From the NCBI GenBank assembly GCA_977030845.1, contig OZ365110.1, positions 37,634,001 through 37,698,000 on the forward strand: 64,000 bases of DNA, written 5' to 3'. This stretch comes from Fimbriosthenelais zetlandica (Eukaryota). Positions 37,914 through 49,510 of the stretch are shown here, piece after piece (the stretch's first letter is position 1; the number at the start of each line of letters is the position of its first letter). The translations under genes were made by a program, and so were the position numbers. The notes beneath the pieces were generated by a model. That model had not been told where the DNA came from, ran no database searches, and worked only from the letters and a program-made list of their open reading frames with translations.

Positions 37914-39514
37914 ATGGCGGCCAGAGTCATGCTGCTCGCTAGAAGAAGTCAGAAATTATTCTCTATCTCAGGACGTAATGATCCTGGTCAGTTTATACCA
38001 GTACAGAATCAAGCAGGAACTAATATCACGTCCAGTCGATACGCGTCTTGGTTTATAAGTAAAAAAGGGGTTCAAAAAACTGTGGAGACGGAGTCGGTGG
38101 CAGACCAGGAGGAGGCAGATCATGATGCTGAACTTGAAGTTGAAGTCAGGGCGGAGGAGCAGAAGGCCACTGATGCGAAGAGGGATGTGTCTCGTTTACC
38201 AGAGAAAATGAAACCCTTCTTGGAACATAATTTTAAAATGCCTGAGGTGCGTACGACTTGTTAAATGTTAAAAAATAATTATTGTGAGTAGACCACGGTT
38301 CGTTGACACAGTCCTGTCCGTGGATGTTGAGCGATAAAAGGTCAGTTTGCCATAGACTCTTTCCGAAACTACAGGTCTTGATGGTACCGGCATACAAGGG
38401 CACAAGTTTTGGTTGCCTAAAATTTAGCCTAAAAGTGCATTCTGAGAGCCCGCAGGTATATCCACCTTGGGATACTCATACTATTACCGGTCCTATGTCT
38501 TAATAAATATAGGCGAAGTGTCACGAATAATTCTTAATTCTTTTTTTTCAGAGGATTTTTGAACATGACTTTAAACCATCTCGGGAAAGAAAGTTTTATG
38601 CATACTTCGGAAGTGCCTCCAATATTGATCCACGGGTGGCGTGGCCAACGAAAGACGAATTAGTAGAAATGCAAGAATTTGAGAGTGAATGGGAACCATC
38701 CCTACAAGAAAGATGGGGAAAATTACGACAGGAGCAGGAGGAAGAAATGGCACAGCGCCAAGTACAGTGAGTGTTGTCTTTCTCTCTCGTTTGATTGTCA
38801 TCCGTTAAATTTTCTACAGTAACCTTCAGTTAAAAGGTTTACTATCAAAAGAGAATTAAACACATGTGTGAAAGAAATAGACCAATAGTTATGTCATTAT
38901 TAAACTGTACTAGTAGTTAATACATGTGGTACGAATTTTATTTATTTCAGTGAAGCTAATGTGGAAAAGGCTATGGCTCGAATGCCTGAATACATCGAAC
39001 AGTTTAGGAAGAAATTAGCCAAGCAAGAGCATGCTTTAGAAGCACAGGAAAAGAAACGGAAGGTTTGTATTTTTGTTTCTTGTTATTTTAACTCCAGTAA
39101 TCAAACGTGGGTGAGGACATGTGAAAAAAAGTGGCTCCAAACTACAAAATAAAATTAGACATCCGTTTCTAAGTATTGTCGTGCAACCACTTTGTAAATT
39201 ATACAAACGACTCCCACCCCAACTGTCGTTAATAATTGCATCTAATTCCGAATTCTAATTTGAATGTTGTTCTGAAATATCCTAAATTGTATCTATAGGG
39301 TCTCGTGGAGGAAGCCCGGGACTATTTTGGATATAATATCGACCCTCGTGATCCACGCTTCACGGAAATGCAAGAAAAGAAGGCAGAAGAGGAGGTAAAA
39401 TTAAAACGAAAACAGCGCAAGGAACAGAAGGAGATGAAAATGGAAGCTGCGCTAGAGAGAATAAAAGCTGAGAGTGAAAACTTTAAAAAAGCCCAAAGTA
39501 GCTCTCAGTCATAA
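37914..39514 (+). CDS. GADD45GIP1: GADD45G-interacting protein 1 / CRIF1 / mitoribosomal protein mL64
   Basis: Exons 37914-38246, 38552-38766, 38951-39062, 39299-39514; GT-AG, phases consistent, 291 aa. Arg-rich presequence-like N-terminus; motifs FGSASNIDPRVAWP, EWEPSL, MARMPEYIEQF, EARDYFGYNIDPRDPRFTEM. Confidence 0.9.
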
Positions 39515-39560
39515 CTAAACTTGTGTATACCGTAACCATTCACTGGCTATTGTTATGATA

Positions 39561-39566
39561 AATAAA
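39561..39566 (+). terminator. Putative polyadenylation signal of GADD45GIP1
   Basis: AATAAA 46 nt after the stop codon. Confidence 0.55.
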
Positions 39567-40662
39567 ATATACGAGAAGAATCCTGTATACATTATTGCAT
39601 CTATTGTTTATGGATTGGTAAATCATATTAGTCAAAAAATAATTATATGAAAACTCCGACGACAGTAACCAATATGAATGCAATGACTATAATTAGAGAG
39701 CAACAGAACTACTCAATACCAGTGTGAGAGGCGTACGTACCGTACTCAATTCCCAAATTATAACATCTTACTTCAGTTCAGTAAAGAATGCCCATGGCAA
39801 ATTAACGTACTCACAAGACAAAGAAATAGATTTACTGACACACACAACTCTTTATTCAGTGAACAAGTTTAAACCTTGCATACATTCCTAGAACTTCCAG
39901 CTTCGTGAACATAAAATTCTCTTCAGGTGTTGCTCACACAATTCACTTTAAAATCGACTTAGTTTCAATTATTCACAATTAAATAGACATTTTGTAATTT
40001 CTATATTGATCGGAGATAATATAATTTGTTGATTACACGAACGTTTACATGCTATAGCAATGTGCCCTCCATGTTTGTTTTACAACGGCGTCAAAAATCG
40101 ATAAGTAATAAATACTGTCAACTAAAGGCAAGGATTCGGGGAGCAGATACAAGATACCAAAAGCCTCTCTATCCTACCTAAAAATGAATGGAATGGTAGA
40201 TAAATAACAAATTCTGTCGGTGGGAGACCCTCAAAATGTAACGTTCATATACTTCAACTCCTCATCTGTAAAGGTGTGCCATGAATCACAGGGCTCTCAG
40301 ACAGGTTTGCGAGGTGATTTTTACTCCACAAAATACCGATCTATCAATATTTCTACTGTATGCAGACGTGGAGGGAGAGGCATTCAATACATTCTTCTAT
40401 ATAATATTGATTAAATCCAAAGTGACCGTTGGCCGATTAAAATAGCACTACATATACGCACATTAACATTCGCAGAGAATTAAAGAAGTCCCTCCATGCA
40501 CAATCTTTCACTTCATATCCAAGTTTTCTGCTGATATTAAATTAGTGAAACCCCCTTACAGATTTGATCACATACTGAGTTTATGTCCTATTTTGGGTAA
40601 AACTGACGTTTTAGATAACCTAGAATTTAATGCCAATAATGGCCAGGTATGTATTGGATCAC

Positions 40663-42602
40663 TTAATGTGAAGCACACTGTACTCTTGGTCCTTGTCCAT
40701 CATCTTCATTATCATCATCGTAAGCCTCCTGCCTGCGGCGGTGGCTTCGCTCTTCCGGGTCGTACTTTTCTAATGGACATTCCTCAGCCTCGTCTGGTAC
40801 GATCACCTCGGGTCGGTCGGGCAGGAGTTTCTCAAGCTTGGTCAACTTGGGTCCATCAATCCAGCCTTCTTCAGGGAATTTGACCGTGAAGAGAATGATG
40901 AGCTTGCCCTTAACGAACGGTTGGCGGTATGTGGGCATGCCTTCATTCATGATGCACTTGGCATCCTTGTGTTTGATTACCTCACCTGTTGGCAAATACA
41001 AAACTTTATTATTGAACAATTCTTCTATTCCTGGTAGGTCACAGGTGAACTCATTATTAATATGATTTGGAGAGATGCCTATGCCTTCCAGTTTTAGGCA
41101 TCGAGCCAAAATATGTTAAGAGGAATAACATTATACACAAATGAACTGTTCAACAGGTATACACGTACATACATCAATGGTCAGACACAGAATGTCTGCC
41201 GTTCATATTATTTTTTAATAAAGTTAAAACTAGTTCTATCTTCTATCTCTCAGAGTTTCATGTACCATAAAGGTATAGAAATTATTAGACTCACCGGGTT
41301 GTGTAGAGATGACTAGTTGACGGTTATCAAGTGTTTTGATAGTTCTTTTGAAGCCACAGAGAGCCTCAGTTAACCCTATTTCCATGGGCGTTACGAGATC
41401 GACGGTATGACGCTCAAAGCGTTCATGTGGTTTCTCATCTAAGACGATGATGATGTCTCCAGGTTCTAAACCAGGCTCCTGGTCTCCCTCTCCACCGAAA
41501 CGAATTTGCTGTCCATCCTTCATACCTAAAAGCAACGGCAGACAAATTAATGAAATTTTAAATGATCAAAAGACACTATGAAAATATCACCTTTATAATG
41601 CATATAACCAATATATGTATAGCAATGGGAGTGTAACTGATATTTACCTTTATCAATATTAACTTCCAGTATCTTCCGTTCTCGTACGGTCTTGCGGCCC
41701 TCGCATGCCTTGCATCGGTCACGTGGATTGATACATTCACCCTGGCCCTGGCAATCGGAGCACATGGAGTGGACCTGTTGGACCATTCCTGGACCTATCT
41801 GTTGGATGCGCACCTGCATGCCAGTGCCACGGCAAGTACCACAGGACTGAACGGCGCCTTGCTTGCCGCCACGACCTACACAAACAATAATTATTTATAG
41901 TCAAGCATCTATTCATGAACATCTCTAACTTAGCCTAGGAACACGTCAGAATAGCGAACATTTTTCCAGTGCCAATTTCTAGGGGAGATACATTATATTT
42001 CTAATGAACTAAGGTTAACTTTATACCAACCTTCACACTTGGAACAAATGACATTTTTCTGAAGTGCCAGTTTTCTGGAAGCGCCATTGTAGAGATCTTC
42101 TAGAGAGACTTTGAGTTGGTGAACAACATCTTTGCCTTTGTTTGGTCCTTCTCGACCGCTCCTTCCACCCATACCAAAGAACATATCAAAGATGTCCATG
42201 GGCGATCTGAAGCCACCGCCACTTCCTCCTTCTTTTAGGGCTTGTTCACCTCCGCGGTCATAGATTTCACGTTTCTTTTTGTCGGCAAGTACTTCATAGG
42301 CTTGTGATATATGTTTGAACTGAAATGGATAGAAAGAGATGATCATTAATTAACCATTTTTAACAGTAGAAAGTACTGTATAAATTCTGAATTAAACATC
42401 AATTAATTCTATAATATGCCTGATGGTAGGCCTACCACTGGTGTAGTGGTACTTCACTGCCAATACACACCTTTTCTGGGTCATCAGGATTTTTGTCAGG
42501 GTGATACTTCAAGGCTAGTTTTCTGTAGGCTTTCTTCAGTTCTTGTTCTGTAGCACTGGGCTTTACACCCAGCATATCGTAATAACCAGTTTCCTTCACC
42601 AT
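40663..42602 (-). CDS. DNAJA1: DnaJ homolog subfamily A (type I Hsp40; DNAJA1/DNAJA2-like)
   Basis: Exons 42471-42602, 42031-42319, 41648-41875, 41295-41525, 40663-40985 (400 aa). J domain with HPD, G/F region, four CxxCxGxG-type motifs ([32 protein letters not shown]), C-terminal CaaX (CASH). Vertebrate paralog cannot be resolved by eye. Confidence 0.97.
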
Positions 42603-43431
42603 GATGATTCTGAAGTTGAAAAGTAACACACAAACATTAATAGACTACCAATAGACAATTTAAAATGAATTAACCCGGAAATGCCCATGGTGTGTATGAT
42701 GGTATATGCCTAGTTAGTACATGTACTACTTATAATATAGCAGTGATAACTGATCATTGTCTACGGTTTATTTTTTTTTTAAATCTCATAAATTAATACT
42801 CTAGGCCTATAGACGTCTATTCTAGATCTAGAGATCTAAGGCCTAATCATGGCCTGCCAAAACCCAAGATCGAGATATTAAATTGTCTAGATGGCGACTA
42901 AGATGCGAGTACAAAGTTACATAAAAATAATAAAATATTAGATCTAGATCTAGTTGATAATGCCAGTAATATAATAATATGATGCATGATATTATGCTTG
43001 TACATTATACATAGAACAGCTAAATGGCTAAATACAATGCCAATGGCCATTGCCATTGCCAATACTTGGCAATAGCAATGCTGCAATAGAGATCAATACA
43101 CATGCCTGAGCGATTGGCAATGACAAAGAAGAAACAGAAAGGAGTCTGACTCTGAGAGAGAACACGTGAAAATAGCCGTCGCATGAAAAATATGCGCTCG
43201 ACTTTAAGTAACCACTGTTCACTATTTTATGTTAAAAGAAATATTGAAGGCTAACATTCCGAAGGCTTATATACGCAGACACAAAGTTAAGAGACGGGAT
43301 GGAATGAATAAATCAAATGAATGAGTATCGCAGCCATTGTGGTTGCTTGGCATTGCCGCTGGCAAAGAAATACAACGTGCTTACTACCGAACAGGAATCG
43401 TGAACTCCACACGAGGCCAAAGATCGCTTAC

Positions 43432-43510
43432 CTTTTCCTACTAGGACTCCCTCGAAAATGAGTGAGTATACACGTGAATATTTTCCTTTTACAGTACTGT
43501 CAGTTCGGCT
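43432..43510 (-). other. Probable non-coding first exon of the DNAJA gene
   Basis: Donor AAAAG|gtaagc at 43432/43431 pairs with the acceptor at 42610/42609, 7 nt before the ATG. TSS position is approximate. Confidence 0.55.
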
Positions 43511-44132
43511 CCGGCGTGACCCAGCACGTTCTAGAAATCGCTGACAGAAAACGCGACTCGCCCTTCGACACCTCCAACCTGTGGCCATATGGGGTACTGT
43601 AACCAAATGGGGTAGGCCCTGGTGGCCAGATACGGTATAAAATTAGGTCAGACTACGGTGGCCCAAAAGTAAAATATATAGGAGTAATAATTGGCTGAAA
43701 TAGTAGACTTCTATTATTGCCATAAGCCCTCTGCACGAGCTTAAAGCATTGCTCGCCGCGAAAGGGTCAAAGTTCATTTAGACAAGAAATGTATTATCTA
43801 TGAGTGTTTATTAAGAAATATATTTTTTTTACTGTTGAGTTCTTACATTTGGACCACCGTACCTAAAGTGGTGGCGGGCCTACCCCAGCTGGCCGCACTA
43901 TCAAGGTGCTGAAGTACCCGCGGCTCCTTGTCTGAGGAGCGTTCGATTAGATTTAGTGGGTCAGGCTGCAGCCAATCGCACATGCAGCGGAACCACCGGA
44001 AGTAGGCACTTGCACTCTGGGAAATCGAGAGAGCGCCATTTTGAAACATGTTCAATCTTTATTTACCTTTCCGAGTAGGCTTATTAGCGACTTTATAACT
44101 AGGAATTTACGTTGACTCACAATATAAACCAG
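43500..44132. promoter_or_regulatory. Bidirectional promoter between DNAJA (-) and CEP78 (+)
   Basis: Locally CpG/GC-rich; CCAAT 43972-43976, ETS CCGGAAGT 43996-44003, YY1-like CGCCATTTT 44034-44042; plus-strand donor CCAG|gtaaga at 44132/44133, probably ending a non-coding CEP78 exon. Confidence 0.6.
43523..43537. promoter_or_regulatory. Heat-shock element (imperfect three-unit nGAAn array)
   Basis: aGcAc-gTTCt-aGAAa directly upstream of the putative DNAJA first exon. HSF control of DNAJA genes is established knowledge. Confidence 0.5.
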
Positions 44133-45063
44133 GTAAGAGAAATCTAAGTCCTAGAGCTTAATCTGTTCGCGAGTATCTTTCTGTATCATCCGTAAATGTC
44201 CGAATATAAGCTGATGACAGATGTTGCAAGCTCAGCCTCAGCTCCCCCACGACACGACGGGTACTGCGGCTATCACACTTCACAGGTCCCTCCCGGCGCT
44301 GTATTCATGTTGCTACTTGTCTCTTCGGCAACTGCATTAAGACTCACCTCAGTCTATGACTGTTTCCCATACACTCAACGTAAACATTCTCTAGCGTAAA
44401 ATAACATTCCTTCTTGGAAATTTCACCTGATTTCGTCGACATTCGTGTGAGGTAGGGCTAGATGTGTCTATAAATTACCGTAGTATAATTAAATTATCAT
44501 TAAATTAATAATAATATCTGGTGAGTGTCAGTCTTCACCTGGAATCCTTAATTCACCCTTCAATTGCAGCCTGCTTCATGGGATTTAAATGTGCCTTTTG
44601 CCAGGCAGGCCTAAATATTATATCTCATTCTTGTTTTTATTTGATATGATCATATCAAATGATCATATTAAAATTAAATAAGTTTAATAAGTGCATTTTC
44701 ATGCCTAGGCCATTAGTTCTTTATTGCTTCACATCCAAGTACTCGTGTCTGACCGTTTTTTTTATTTTGTGTTGTATGTATAGTATAAGTTGTATGTATA
44801 TTATAACTACATTTCAAGTGAACTAGATATTGAAATATATTACCGGTATATATAATATAAATATTGTTAAAATATTATTTTCTAGCTAGTCGAATTGACC
44901 CCATAGAAAGGCTGTCCTTTTTAACCAAACTCAGAAGTTTTTTTTAGTTCATTCAAGTATCGCTAGACTCTTGACACCCTTTACTTTCAATATCTATATA
45001 ATTATCTTTATTGATATTTCTATATATAAAGTACTATATTAAGTTACTACACTTTCCAGGACA

Positions 45064-46493
45064 ATGATTGAAAGCGTGGCCGTCAGGCAACAGGGTGCCT
45101 ATGATTTTGAGACTCATTACAACAATCTTTGTGCCCTGCAAAATTCTTGTCCCAGTGCAGCTGTAAAAGCTCACCTTCAGGAGGGAGTTCTGGACATCAA
45201 TGGGGATCGAATCAGGTAGGGACACCAGTAATAATTCTTATACAGTAACAAAGTGTTTCTTAGCTATAACATCATCTAGGCACGATAGGAGTAAAAGGCA
45301 TGAAAGGCACGCTGGTGAGGTGATATTTACGAATTTAACTTTGGGGTACGGCCTTAATCGGTAGTGATGTCCATCCCTGTTCTTGGAATAGGGATGGATA
45401 CTCTATCTAGCTCGAGCCCTGATCACTTATATAGCTCCGAAGTTTTGGGCCAGTCGTTGGTCTAAGCATGAAATTAATACACATGATAAAGGGAATCCTT
45501 TTTTTCAGGGTGACAGATTGGGTGCCTATCTTGAACTCGATCAGGATTAACAAAAATTTGACATTCATTGCTTTGAGAAGTTTCTTCCAACAAAGTCCAG
45601 ACGATGAAGGTAAGTTGCAGAATTGAATTCTTTTCTTATACAGTCATTTTTCTAATTTTGATCATTTACATAATACATGTATCATGAAGACATGAACTTA
45701 TAATTATATTACGTTTAGTCTTTAGAATAAAAAACGGAGAAGTTCCTCTAGGTCCAGTAAAAAAATTGTTATTGGACTATATATATAGAGATAATGCCTG
45801 TGGGCTATAACGCACTGCTTCTTTGGCCTTATGATGAAAAGTTTTTTCCGCCAATAATTATCTTGCATTTGTTTAGATAAAAGAGTGGGAGTGAGGAAAA
45901 AGACTCCCTCCATCCGATCTAAGGAGATCACCTATCGTTTATGCAAGGCTCTCAAGGAATGTCTGAGTGTGACAGCCTCTCTAACATGTATAGAACTACA
46001 GGGTATGCCTCTGAGGGACCGTGATCTCGCCTCCCTGTCTAAGGTATGAAACAATTGGTAACCCGAGAAACTTACATTTTATTTTACTTGATTATTGACC
46101 TTGTGGTGTAAAGTCATCGCTTGTTGGCTTTAGAGAAAAGTTACAAATAAAATTACATCTGAATTTTTATATCTTTAGGGTCTGGCGTCTAATATGACAC
46201 TCACTCACCTCTCATTGGAGTACAGTTGCCTTGGTGACGATGGATTGGAAAGTGAGTATAAATAATTGCTAATAAAATGTCTTGTTTAATAGGTGTTTGA
46301 AATGTAATCACTAAAAACTAAAGCCTTTATTATAACGCTTACATTACAATGCTTTGATTGGTCATGTTTGGATGTGTTCCTTTTTTCAGTCGTCTGTAAA
46401 GGTGTGAGGAATTCACCCTCTGTGACCTCGCTCAACTTCACAGGATGTAATCTCTCATGGAAAGGAGCTGGCTCATTAGCTACTGTCATTAAG
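45064..46493 (+). CDS. CEP78: Centrosomal protein 78 kDa, N-terminal five coding exons (partial)
   Basis: Not in the ORF track. Exons 45064-45215, 45509-45609, 45877-46043, 46179-46251, 46390-46493 give 199 codons: [30 protein letters not shown]...[26 protein letters not shown]...[10 protein letters not shown]...[22 protein letters not shown]...[12 protein letters not shown]. This tracks human CEP78 as I recall it (MIDSVKLR...LCALQNSVP...NFTGCNLTWQGA). Ends at donor AAG|gtaagt. Confidence 0.92.
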
Positions 46494-48022
46494 GTAAGTA
46501 CCGTCTGAACATTACTATTATAAACAATGACATTTCTTTACATTTTTCTTCTCATGAACTGTTCCCTGGTAAAGGCGGTATTTGTTGAGAGAGATATAAA
46601 TCAATGAAAGGCCTCAGAATATTAGGACGGTGGGTGATATTCCTAAATATGCATGATTGATTTGAAAAGTGTCCTTTCAATTTAATTCCGATTTGTCGAT
46701 GAATAGATTGGCACTTCATTGTGTTAGATGAAGATGGGTGTCAATGTTCGTATGAAATACTCACTCACTCACCCATTGGTACATACGTTCCCATACGATC
46801 AAATGTTAGCGCCCACCAAAAATGAAAACGTTAAACTCTATTCAAGTTGATGCTATAAAACGAGTATTTTATTAAATCAATCCGACAGCCTCGGCCAATG
46901 TTCATGGAACATATCTCCATTTTTGTTGACATTAAATAATAACCTTCATCATCTGAAATCCCAAGTCATCTACATAATTCATCTTTTCCAAAACTACAAT
47001 TTACAAAGTTCTCGTTCAACATAGAATTTAAGAGGAAAAAGTCTTTGAATTTCAGCGGGACTTGGTTAAACTCTTAGACTGACCAGCAGTTTCTTTCTCA
47101 CAGCCTTTTTACAAAAGTGTACATAAATTAACACAATATGATGGATGATGATACAACATTAAAGATACTGCATCCACATTGAGAAAAGTTTATGATCCTT
47201 ACATAACTTTAAGGTACATTTACTCATAATAATTTAATTAAAAGTTTTTTTAAGGAGGAGCAAAAGTTACACCATATATTTCAATACATAGTCCTTTTCT
47301 GTTCGAAATATAATGACTTGCTCAAGTACATTTGTGCCCTTATAGCTCTAGATAAATTGTATTATTTATTGCAATTCTGTAGAAATCCCTTTTATCAAGC
47401 CATTTAAAAGCTTTTAGTCGTAACACACATTGACACGAAACATCAAATGCCTCACAGATAATATAATGGAAAAATCTTTAAAACTAGCACATAAAATCCA
47501 TAACCTCGTTGTAGTTAAAATGTATGGGGCACATCTGTTGAGAGATAATGTCTTTGGAAGTTGTCACTTGTGTTGAAAGATATTCATATGAATCCATTCA
47601 GCACTGTATGTTTTGTTCCTGTCTACAACTTAAAAGCATTGCTCTTCGCCTCTCTTTGAGGCACTATACCTCTGTTATGATTTTATAACTCTTATATCGA
47701 AACTCTTCCGTCGAAAATATCAAAATATTTGCCATTTCATAAAAATATGGGATCAATAATTTGGATACGCCCAGAGAATGTTGGATGGAAACGAAAATTT
47801 TACTAGGACAATCCGTCAAATTTCTACCAACAGTATTCCTGTATTTGAGAGTGAAAATTTAACTTTAAAGTGACTGTTGAATCTCCGGCAGACGGCCATA
47901 CACGACCCTTTTACTGGGTATTTTAGCTCCTGATTTAGTACTCGGTCTCTTGACTTATACCAATCTACTTCCACTCTAAAGTGTTGGAACTCTTGGCCTC
48001 ATCTTATTGATTAAATATTGCG

Positions 48023-49510
48023 TTAATCGGGTTTAATCTGCATGTCTGTTGTCAAGTCTTGGGTAGGTGATGTGAGTGGACTGGAAGTTTGGCTTTCAAA
48101 TTCCTGAGGATTGAACCTCCTCACAGGATAATAGGATGGCGGTGAATCCAACACCTCATCAATCTGCCCCATGCTGACCACGCCCATCATACTGAGAGCC
48201 ACGCCCATTACACCTCCGGTGGGTGTAGTGGGCGGAGCTAACGGGGTACTGGGTGTGACCTGGACAGGAAAGGCAGGTGGGCTGTCGGGTGTAGATGGTG
48301 CTGACGCCGGTGGTGAAGGAGAAAAACAGTCGGGCTTTGGTGGAAGATCCACAAACTCGACACTAGGCTCCTCTAGTGGGACTTTCTTGTCCTTCATAGG
48401 TGGAAGATTGACATAAACTACAGCAGACTCGGGGAAGGATTTATCAGTCTGAACTTGCATGTCTTGGCAAGGCAGGTTCTCATAATGTACAACTACCCTA
48501 CCGAGGGTCACTGCTGGACCTGGAAGGCCAGAGAACTTATGCTGGTAGTAAGCCTCTACATCAGTCTGTACATTACTGTGGGCTGGACGCTTCTCTTGGC
48601 TTGTATAATAATCTAAACTCTCATAGGCAGGGGGGTCATCTGCATAGGTGATATTGATAATGGGGGGTTTGGACATGGCTTCTTGATCACTTTCGATGTC
48701 GGAGGAAATTCCTGCATATCCTGGGCAATAATAACGGGGATTTAATTTCTGTACATACTGGGACTTTTGATCAGTTCCTGATTCATCATCGCTGAGTGGC
48801 ATTTGAGATGTCCTGTGGGGTTTCTCTAATATAGCAGTTACTACCATACGTTGGTATTGTCCTCTTGGATCAGCACCACAGCGACACGTGTGCTGCCTGA
48901 CTGGAGAATCCTCTATCTCACTCTCATGTTGAACATTATTAACTAATGGTCTACGGACCGGACTATTCTCATAATCACTCTCCACACTTACAGCTGTTTG
49001 ACTTAAAGATTTACGAGGTCTCATACTATCCGTCTCACTCTCAATCTCTGTCTCTGTGTATTCTACATCCGTGTTCATATCGTCCATTTCATAGTCTGCT
49101 TCATCGGTTTGCTCACTTTTCTGGAATGCGAAAACTGTGTTGCGCTTTCGACAGAATACCACAACAGCTGCTGTTATGGTCATGGTCAAGAATAGGAAGA
49201 TACTCGATATTACCACCACAGTTGTAAAAGATTGGGTTCGAACACTTGGGTTGGTTAAATCCGGCATGATTCTGGATTTCTTCAGGAACTGGTTCTCTGC
49301 GTAAAGAGCTGACTGGTTGCCTGTTCTGTTAGTGCTTATTATGACGTCGTTCCAGTAGTATTTTTGGGCGGTGAGTTTGTACTCTGTGTAGTTGTAGTGG
49401 TTGTAGATGGTGTAGTTCTGGGGTCGGTTTCTGATCTTCACCCACTTGTGTTCTAGTGTCTTGCCCCAGTGAAGATTCATGGCCCTCTCCAGGGCGTGCT
49501 TAAAGAACAT
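48023..49510 (-). CDS. Uncharacterised single-pass membrane protein, large terminal exon (short N-glycosylated ectodomain, TM, long acidic/Pro-rich tail)
   Basis: 495-codon stop-free frame; sequons NYT, NYT, NRT, NQS precede the TM VVVISSIFLFLTMTITAAVVVF, followed by CRKR; tail has PPAY and PPSY PY-like motifs. True N-terminus unresolved. Confidence 0.8.
   Translation of the reverse strand: MFFKHALERAMNLHWGKTLEHKWVKIRNRPQNYTIYNHYNYTEYKLTAQKYYWNDVIISTNRTGNQSALYAENQFLKKSRIMPDLTNPSVRTQSFTTVVVISSIFLFLTMTITAAVVVFCRKRNTVFAFQKSEQTDEADYEMDDMNTDVEYTETEIESETDSMRPRKSLSQTAVSVESDYENSPVRRPLVNNVQHESEIEDSPVRQHTCRCGADPRGQYQRMVVTAILEKPHRTSQMPLSDDESGTDQKSQYVQKLNPRYYCPGYAGISSDIESDQEAMSKPPIINITYADDPPAYESLDYYTSQEKRPAHSNVQTDVEAYYQHKFSGLPGPAVTLGRVVVHYENLPCQDMQVQTDKSFPESAVVYVNLPPMKDKKVPLEEPSVEFVDLPPKPDCFSPSPPASAPSTPDSPPAFPVQVTPSTPLAPPTTPTGGVMGVALSMMGVVSMGQIDEVLDSPPSYYPVRRFNPQEFESQTSSPLTSPTQDLTTDMQIKPD

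Noticed and set aside
37606-38058. 150-aa plus-strand ORF overlapping the LINE 3'UTR and GADD45GIP1 start
   Set aside because: It is a different frame across AT-rich UTR, tail and promoter; its hydrophobicity comes from T-rich sequence.
45726-45756. Possible CEP78 micro-exon
   Set aside because: It would introduce an immediate TAA in the required phase; flanking exons already join in frame.
48171-48416. Plus-strand ORFs 48171-48416, 48946-49227 and 49469-49717, and those opposite DNAJA
   Set aside because: Antisense shadows of real coding exons.
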